This document shows positions 45,416 to 50,682 of a stretch of 50,682 bases of DNA, one piece after another. The position numbers were made by a program, and so were the translations under genes. The stretch lies in assembly GCA_029881355.1 (NCBI GenBank), contig JAOUMT010000002.1, positions 1 through 50,682 of the forward strand, read 5' to 3'. The notes under the pieces are model-generated. The model was not told where the DNA came from. It ran no database searches and saw nothing but the letters and a program-made list of their open reading frames with translations. The first letter of the stretch is position 1. The number at the start of each line of letters is the position of its first letter. This DNA is from Acidimicrobiia bacterium (GTDB taxonomy: Bacteria > Actinomycetota > Acidimicrobiia > Spongiisociales > JAENVV01).

Positions 45416-45934
45416 GTGAAACTAGTCGGGTCGCTTTTTCTCTGTCAGACTGCGCGGGTGAAGAATCGACTTCTAGTGGGGCTGATCCTGGTTTTGTCCG
45501 CCTGTTCGACACAGGCAATTCCAGACGATGTCGACCCGCTCCCGGTGATTACCGCTGCCGAGTTCCAGCAACGACTCGACGGATCAACTCGACCGATGGT
45601 CGTGAACGTATGGGCATCGTGGTGTTTACCGTGCCGGGCCGAGGCGCCATTGTTACGAGAGGCTGCCCTTCATTATGAGGGTCAGGTGACGTTTATCGGG
45701 GTGGACGTTCAAGACCGACCGGCGCAAGCCGCAGCGTTCATCGCTGAATTCGGATTGGATACTTTTGATCATGTGGCAGATCCCGACCGTGCGATCCCGG
45801 CGCGGCTGGGTGGTTCGGGCGTCCCGATCACCTACTTTGTTGCCTCTGGTGGCGAAATCGTCGCCACGCACCTTGGCATCATCGACGAACGATCACTCGT
45901 GTCTGGCATCGACGCCCTCCTGGCGCTTCCGTAG
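45416..45934 (+). CDS. TlpA/ResA-like thiol:disulfide oxidoreductase (thioredoxin fold), probable lipoprotein
   Basis: WASWCLPC active site. LILVLSAC lipobox-like signal. An alternative GTG start is at 45458. Confidence 0.8.
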   Translation: MKLVGSLFLCQTARVKNRLLVGLILVLSACSTQAIPDDVDPLPVITAAEFQQRLDGSTRPMVVNVWASWCLPCRAEAPLLREAALHYEGQVTFIGVDVQDRPAQAAAFIAEFGLDTFDHVADPDRAIPARLGGSGVPITYFVASGGEIVATHLGIIDERSLVSGIDALLALP

Positions 45935-46557
45935 TGGAATTCACGCTCCTCTGGGCGGCGCTCGCCGGCGTCGGGACGATATGGGCGACCGACCGATGGC
46001 TCAACGAAGCCGATCGTCGCTTCGACGACCTCTTGGGCGCCGCTCTCATCGGGTTGGCCGTTGGACGCCTGGCCACCATGATTGGCGATGGTTCGTATCC
46101 GTGGGAGCATCCCGGACTCATCCTCCTTGTTCGAGCGGGAGTCCACCCTGGCTGGGCCTCCGCGGCTGCCCTCGGCTGGTTGGCCGTTCGGTTCCGATCG
46201 TCGCAAATCACACTCGAAGCCATGGCGGTTCCCGCACTTATGGGTTTGAGCGGCTGGGAGGCGGGATGTGTGTTCCGATCTGCCTGTGGTGGCGTAATGG
46301 TCGGCTCGTCGGCCCTCCCGATCGGCCTCATTGCCGCGGCCGCCTTCGTAGGCGCTGCCGTGCTCGTCCACCGCTTCCCCCCTCCAACCAAAGCCGGGGC
46401 GGCTCTCCTGGCGGCCGGGGCTATCCGATCGATGAGCGAACCATTTCGCAGCGCACTGACACATTCGATTATTTGGTGGTATCTCGTGGCGATCGTTGTC
46501 GGATCGATCGTTGTGGTTCGTCAAAGAAGACATCCGGCAAGTTTTGGCACGGGGTAG
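45934..46557 (+). CDS. Hypothetical integral membrane protein
   Basis: 207 aa with several hydrophobic helices and a TAGTG overlap with the TlpA-like gene. No family recognised with confidence (faint Lgt-like GRLATMIGDG). Confidence 0.5.
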   Translation: MEFTLLWAALAGVGTIWATDRWLNEADRRFDDLLGAALIGLAVGRLATMIGDGSYPWEHPGLILLVRAGVHPGWASAAALGWLAVRFRSSQITLEAMAVPALMGLSGWEAGCVFRSACGGVMVGSSALPIGLIAAAAFVGAAVLVHRFPPPTKAGAALLAAGAIRSMSEPFRSALTHSIIWWYLVAIVVGSIVVVRQRRHPASFGTG

Positions 46558-46588
46558 AGTTACCAGAGCGACGAACAAAGAAGGTCAC

Positions 46589-47488
46589 ATGCCTGCCAGC
46601 GAAGTCTATGAGCTTCTGGACGCCATCACCCCGTCCATCAAGACTTTGATGGATGACCACCGCGAGCGCCGTGAGCACTGGTACGCCCACGAGATTGTCC
46701 CATGGGAACTGGGCCGCAACTTCAAAGCTGAACCCTGGGACGAATCCCAGTGCACGATTTCGCCAGAGGCCCGTACTTCACTGGTTTTGAACCTCCTCAC
46801 CGAAGACAACCTGCCCTACTACCACAGCGAAATCGAGCTTCACTCGAAAGATCATGAACTCCTCGCCGAATGGAACCGCCAGTGGACCGCTGAAGAGGGT
46901 CAGCATGCCATCGCCCTCCGGTCGTATCTGCTGACCTCACGCAACTGCGACCCACGCGAACTAGAGGATGACCGATTGGCGACGATGACTACCGGCTATT
47001 CGACCGGTCTACCCAATCCGATCGCTCTCTTCGCCTACACGTCTGCGCAGGAACTAGCGACCCGCGTATCGCATCGCAACGCCGGACGAATCACCGACGA
47101 CCCGGTTGCCTACGAAATCATGTCGCGTATCGCGGTCGACGAGAACCATCATTTCATGTTCTATCGCGGAGCCGTGGCCGCCATGCTCGCTGAGAATCCT
47201 TCGCTGGTTCTCCCCGAGATCTACCGGGTCCTTTCCAATTTTGAAATGCCAGGCGTCGGCATGCCGAAGTATATGCGCCGGGCCATCCAGATGGCCAAGG
47301 CCGGTGTGTACAACATGCGAATCCATCACGACCGGGTGCTGATTCCTCTCATCCGTGACTGGAAGATCGAGTCGCTGGAGGGCCTGACGGCGAAAGCTCA
47401 GGAATTCCAGGAGAAGATCATGGGCGTTCCTGCGCTCGCAAACCTCCAGGCCGAAAGCTTTGAAAAACGCTACGGTTTGGCGACCTGA
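46589..47488 (+). CDS. Acyl-ACP desaturase (DesA-type di-iron)
   Basis: Start at the ATG at 46589 with AAGAAGG upstream. Di-iron motifs EEGQHAIAL and DENHHFMFY. Confidence 0.9.
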   Translation: MPASEVYELLDAITPSIKTLMDDHRERREHWYAHEIVPWELGRNFKAEPWDESQCTISPEARTSLVLNLLTEDNLPYYHSEIELHSKDHELLAEWNRQWTAEEGQHAIALRSYLLTSRNCDPRELEDDRLATMTTGYSTGLPNPIALFAYTSAQELATRVSHRNAGRITDDPVAYEIMSRIAVDENHHFMFYRGAVAAMLAENPSLVLPEIYRVLSNFEMPGVGMPKYMRRAIQMAKAGVYNMRIHHDRVLIPLIRDWKIESLEGLTAKAQEFQEKIMGVPALANLQAESFEKRYGLAT

Positions 47489-48660
47489 CCTGCCGCTGGT
47501 AGCTCGAACCGGACCAGTCCCCCGGGACCCTCACCGATTCCGATGGTTCCGTGGTGAGCATCAATTACCGATTTGGCGATAGCCAGGCCGAGACCCGATC
47601 CCGAATCGCTTCGCGACGGATCGCTGGTTGTGAACCGGTCAAACGCAACGAGTTCGAAGTCCGGGTCGAATCCCGGACCGTGATCGGCCACCTCGACCAC
47701 ACCACCTAGGCCGCCGGAAGAGACCCGAATCTGCACGGCTGAGCCGGCCGGAGCGTACCGGATGGCATTGTCAACCAGGTTTCTGATAAGCCGTCCAACG
47801 GCACTCGGATCGGCGTCGACCATCACCGGGTCAGCAGCCTCGACTTTGAGCCGCACTTTCGATGCTTCGGCGATCGTTACCAGGCTGTCGACGGTCTCGT
47901 CGGCCAGTTCGACAAGATCAATGGCCACAGGAACCACCCCGCCTGCCTCTACCCGGCCCAGGATCGATAGATCATCTACGAGACGCTCAAGAGTTCGCAC
48001 GTTGCTGGCTAATCGCACCAACATGACCGACTCATCTTCGACCAGGTCATCCTGGAGCGCCTCGATTCCGGCTCGCAATCCCGAGAGCGGAGTGCGCAGA
48101 TCGTGACCTACCGCTGCCAGGAAGTCGCGTCGCCCTTGATCATCACGTTCCCGCTGACGTTTGGCCGCATCCAGGTGGGTAACCATCTCATCGACGGCCC
48201 TGGCTGTCGTACCGACCTCGTCGGGCCGCGAGACATTCGTCCTGACCGAGGTATCGCCGGCGGCTACCAGCTCGGCCGTCTTGGCGATCTGGGCGAGGTC
48301 ATCGGTTACCGAACCGGCCACATTGAGGGCCAACGTCAAGCCGAGAGCAACCCCGAGACCCAACTCGACGAACATCAGACGCAAATCATGGGGGGTAAGA
48401 AACATTGGCGACGCCATGACCGCTCCGAGAGCGGCGACCAGAACTGCGGATACGGCAACAATCTGGATGGTGAGCGTAATGGATGTCAACCGTTGGGCGA
48501 ACCGCCTCAATACCCATCCGGCCAGGACCGTCACCAGAGTCACCGCTCCGAATATGCCGTACAGGGCAAGTCGCTCAGGAGCGGTGGGCTGCATAGCCGC
48601 CTCGCTGACGGCTACCCAGACGGTGGCGATCCCCACGGCGACGATGACGAGACGGGTCAT
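47470..48660 (-). CDS. Sensor histidine kinase (2 TM, HAMP, HisKA, HATPase_c)
   Basis: H-box AAVGHDLRTPL, N-box LVDNAIRY, G-boxes DHGPGF and GSGLGLAI. Confidence 0.9.
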   Translation of the reverse strand: MTRLVIVAVGIATVWVAVSEAAMQPTAPERLALYGIFGAVTLVTVLAGWVLRRFAQRLTSITLTIQIVAVSAVLVAALGAVMASPMFLTPHDLRLMFVELGLGVALGLTLALNVAGSVTDDLAQIAKTAELVAAGDTSVRTNVSRPDEVGTTARAVDEMVTHLDAAKRQRERDDQGRRDFLAAVGHDLRTPLSGLRAGIEALQDDLVEDESVMLVRLASNVRTLERLVDDLSILGRVEAGGVVPVAIDLVELADETVDSLVTIAEASKVRLKVEAADPVMVDADPSAVGRLIRNLVDNAIRYAPAGSAVQIRVSSGGLGGVVEVADHGPGFDPDFELVAFDRFTTSDPSRSDSGSGLGLAIAKSVIDAHHGTIGIGEGPGGLVRFELPAAGQVAKP

Positions 48661-49349
48661 CCTTCGAACCTGTAGCCGACGCCGCGCACGGTGATCAGTC
48701 GATCAGGCCGCTCGGGATCTCGCTCGATCTTGTGGCGGATCCGTCGCACATGAACGGTCACGGTTGATGTGTCTTGCCATTCGGCCGATGAGTGCCAAAC
48801 GTGGTCAAGTAGCTGCGACCGTGAAAAAACCTGGCGAGGGGACGAGGCGAGGAACACCAACAGATCGAACTCGCGGGCGGTAAGTGTCACGATTTCACCA
48901 TTGATCGTGACCTCCCGGCTGTTCGTATCGATCATCAACCCGTCAAACTCCAGAACTTCGACACCGGGGGTTGGCTCGGTGGTGGCTCGACGGAGGACCG
49001 ACTTGACTCGCGCCACCAACTCGCGCGGCGAAAACGGCTTCGACACATAATCATCCGCTCCAAGCTCGAGACCGATGATGCGGTCTGCTTCTTCGGTTCG
49101 GGCCGTCAAAACAATCACCGGCACATTCGAGTTGGCTCGAAGCTCCTTGAGGATGTTCAGACCACCCACTCCAGGCAGCATGAGGTCCAGAATCAGCAGG
49201 TCAGGCAACCCGCGTCGCAACATTTCGACAGCTTCGGTCCCGGTGGATGCGGTCTCAACCCGGAACCCATCGCGCTGCAGATAGGTGGTCATGACTTCGC
49301 GTATGGTTGGCTCGTCATCGACGACCATAACTCGCGGCTGCTGGTTCAT
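48657..49349 (-). CDS. OmpR/PhoB-family response regulator
   Basis: VMVVDDEP, DLLILDLMLPG, KPF. C-terminal winged helix (LTAREFDLLVFL...TVRGVGYRF). ATGA-type overlap with the kinase gene. Confidence 0.95.
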   Translation of the reverse strand: MNQQPRVMVVDDEPTIREVMTTYLQRDGFRVETASTGTEAVEMLRRGLPDLLILDLMLPGVGGLNILKELRANSNVPVIVLTARTEEADRIIGLELGADDYVSKPFSPRELVARVKSVLRRATTEPTPGVEVLEFDGLMIDTNSREVTINGEIVTLTAREFDLLVFLASSPRQVFSRSQLLDHVWHSSAEWQDTSTVTVHVRRIRHKIERDPERPDRLITVRGVGYRFEG

Positions 49350-49387
49350 GTTGCCATCGTACGGCAGCAGCCAGCCGCCGCAACCCG

Positions 49388-49426
49388 TGTTCCTGGCGTG
49401 TTCACCGTTCTGTTCCCAGCCGTTCT
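49388..49426. promoter_or_regulatory. Four phased GTTC-containing direct repeats (possible response-regulator binding sites)
   Basis: TGTTCC at 49388, TGTTCA at 49399, TGTTCC at 49411 and CGTTCT at 49421. The spacing is 10-12 bp. They lie in the divergent region between the regulator gene and a secreted-protein gene. Confidence 0.35.
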
Positions 49427-49477
49427 TCTGTAGCCGGCACAGTGATACCCAACGCTTCTCACAAGGAGGACATACTT

Positions 49478-49891
49478 ATGAGGCGAATCATGATCCTGGG
49501 CATCGCAGTTCTGATGGCGGTGGCGACAGCTGCACCGGCCTTTGCGGACAAACCGGAAAGCGGGCCGATCACCCCGGACTTCATCTATGCCGACGGCGAG
49601 TTGTACGGGACGATCCTGCAGGGCTCACTCCCATACAACGGAAAGAACAAGTCCTTCGACCTGCTGTTCCTGGTGCCAGACCAGCAACCGGTTGCTGAGG
49701 CCGCTCCTGGCCCGGGTTACAACGGCGGTCGCTGGCTTCCGACTCCGGTCACCAAGACCGCGTACTTTCCGTCGGGCCACATGATTACTTCGGCTGCCGA
49801 ACTTGCGTATGCCGAGTCGATGGGCTGGGTGACGATCGGCGCACCGAATACCGAAGCGGCGTTCCTATGCCCGCTCATTCCCAACCACTGA
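49478..49891 (+). CDS. Secreted hypothetical protein
   Basis: ATG at 49478 with AAGGAGGA 7 nt upstream. Signal peptide MRRIMILGIAVLMAVATAAPAFA. Followed by a strong terminator. Confidence 0.65.
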   Translation: MRRIMILGIAVLMAVATAAPAFADKPESGPITPDFIYADGELYGTILQGSLPYNGKNKSFDLLFLVPDQQPVAEAAPGPGYNGGRWLPTPVTKTAYFPSGHMITSAAELAYAESMGWVTIGAPNTEAAFLCPLIPNH

Positions 49892-49907
49892 CCCATAAAC
49901 AAGCAAA

Positions 49908-49948
49908 CGAGGGCTGGTCCGGCAACATGCCGGACCAGCCCTCGTTTT
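49908..49948 (+). terminator. Rho-independent terminator
   Basis: CGAGGGCTGGTCCGGC-AACAT-GCCGGACCAGCCCTCG: a perfect 16-bp stem followed by TTTT. Confidence 0.8.
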
Positions 49949-49968
49949 GAGGTTTCTACACTCCCGGT

Positions 49969-50583
49969 GTGCCACACATTGAAATTCTCGGGGCTTCGGT
50001 CCGATTTGGACTCGTGCCAATCCTGTCGGACATCTCCCTGTCGCTGGGAGCAGGGGAAGTCGCCTGGCTCCGGGGGCCCAACGGCGCCGGGAAGTCAACG
50101 CTTCTCCGACTCATGGCCGGACTCGTCCGCCCGTCCAGCGGACAAGTACAAGTATTCGGCCAAACCCCCGACCCGTCGACGAGAAAGCGAACGGGTCTCG
50201 TGGCCCATCACCCGGCGTTGTACGACGAACTCACCCTTGAAGAAAACCTGGCCTTCTTCGCCGATCTGACCGCCACACCTCATCTCCGCGTCGATGAAGC
50301 ACTCGAGGCGGTAGGTCTCGCTGGCGCGCGAACTAGAAAGGCCAGGGACTCATCGGAAGGAATGCGCCGCCGGGCCGATCTGGCCAGGCTTTTGCTTGCT
50401 GACCATGACTTGCTTCTCCTGGATGAGGCACACTCGGGTCTCGATCGCCAGGCCGGCGGCCTCGTCGAGGCGTTGGTCGAGCGCACCGTTGGTAGGGGCG
50501 GAGCCTGCGTGCTGGTGTCGCACGCCACCGAGATAGCGTTTGCCACCAGGGCCATCGAGCTTAACGAAGGGAGCCTTCTGTGA
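49969..50583 (+). CDS. ccmA: ABC exporter ATP-binding protein, CcmA-like (heme exporter)
   Basis: GPNGAGKSTLLRLMAGL Walker A, degenerate signature SEGMRRR and LLLLDEA Walker B. About 200 aa, as for CcmA. GTG start. Confidence 0.75.
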   Translation: MPHIEILGASVRFGLVPILSDISLSLGAGEVAWLRGPNGAGKSTLLRLMAGLVRPSSGQVQVFGQTPDPSTRKRTGLVAHHPALYDELTLEENLAFFADLTATPHLRVDEALEAVGLAGARTRKARDSSEGMRRRADLARLLLADHDLLLLDEAHSGLDRQAGGLVEALVERTVGRGGACVLVSHATEIAFATRAIELNEGSLL

Positions 50584-50682
50584 CCTTTCGACGCCAGGCC
50601 CTCGTCATTTTTCGTCGCGATTTACGAATTGAAGGTCGCACCGGCGAAGCGCTGCTGATCACGCTTCCGTTCGGACTCGCAG
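50580..50682 (+). CDS. ccmB: CcmB-like heme exporter permease, 5' partial (runs off the window)
   Basis: GTGA overlap with ccmA. The N-terminal VTFRRQALVIFRRDLRIEGRTGEALLITLPFGLA resembles CcmB N-termini. Confidence 0.5.
   Translation, partial: MTFRRQALVIFRRDLRIEGRTGEALLITLPFGLA

Noticed and set aside
1-50682. Mobile elements, CRISPR arrays, tRNA/rRNA genes, and defence or toxin-antitoxin systems.
   Set aside because: I recognised no transposase, integrase or recombinase-like ORFs, no regularly spaced direct repeats and no tRNA-like cloverleaf candidates in the short intergenic regions. The longest gaps are about 110-155 nt. Composition appears uniform by eye. A tRNA or ncRNA scan would still be needed to be certain.

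Overview
GC-rich, gene-dense chromosomal window. It looks Actinomycetota-like by inference: frequent GTG/TTG starts, many 4-nt start/stop overlaps, an F420-type LLM oxidoreductase and a PriA/HisA-type isomerase. I call about 50 CDS. I recognised no rRNA, tRNA, CRISPR array, transposase or integrase.

Three blocks:

(1) 27-20728 is a large, mostly minus-strand purine/ureide catabolic cluster. It holds an 8-oxoguanine-deaminase-like amidohydrolase, a two-gene xanthine dehydrogenase (Moco subunit plus a fused FAD/[2Fe-2S] subunit), a CDA-fold guanine deaminase and a BMP-family nucleoside/purine ABC importer. It also holds YgfK-like, SsnA-like and XdhD-like genes, two nitrilase-family decarbamoylases, carbamate kinase and two tandem non-canonical transcarbamylases. 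This resembles the E. coli ygeW-ygfK-ssnA-xdhD region, whose chemistry is still poorly defined.

(2) 20744-27980 holds a YwiC-like membrane protein and an adenine/adenosine deaminase. Immediately after the deaminase is a 97-codon frame interrupted by a single in-frame TGA, followed by an fdhF-like GGUC-loop hairpin. I read this as a candidate HesB/IscA-like selenoprotein. Next comes an uncharacterised six-gene operon: DUF77, HTH, two TrpB-like fold-type-II PLP enzymes, a nitroreductase and an OSBS/NSAR enolase.

(3) 28040-50682 is housekeeping and miscellaneous. It contains an ECF sigma factor with a DUF5667-like partner, a TrmH methyltransferase, a DEDD/GIY-YIG nuclease and a Cdc48-like AAA ATPase. 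A his operon (hisG-B-H-F-IE) follows, headed by a TrpR-like YerC regulator with a perfect 12-bp inverted repeat and a divergent priA/hisA. The rest is an LLM oxidoreductase, GH1 beta-glucosidase, P-type ATPase, glgC, TlpA, an acyl-ACP desaturase, a two-component system and ccmA/ccmB.

The most interesting signals are the candidate selenoprotein beside the XdhD/SsnA/YgfK-type cluster, and the tandem atypical transcarbamylases with carbamate kinase. All functional calls rest on motif-level recognition by eye; no database search was run.
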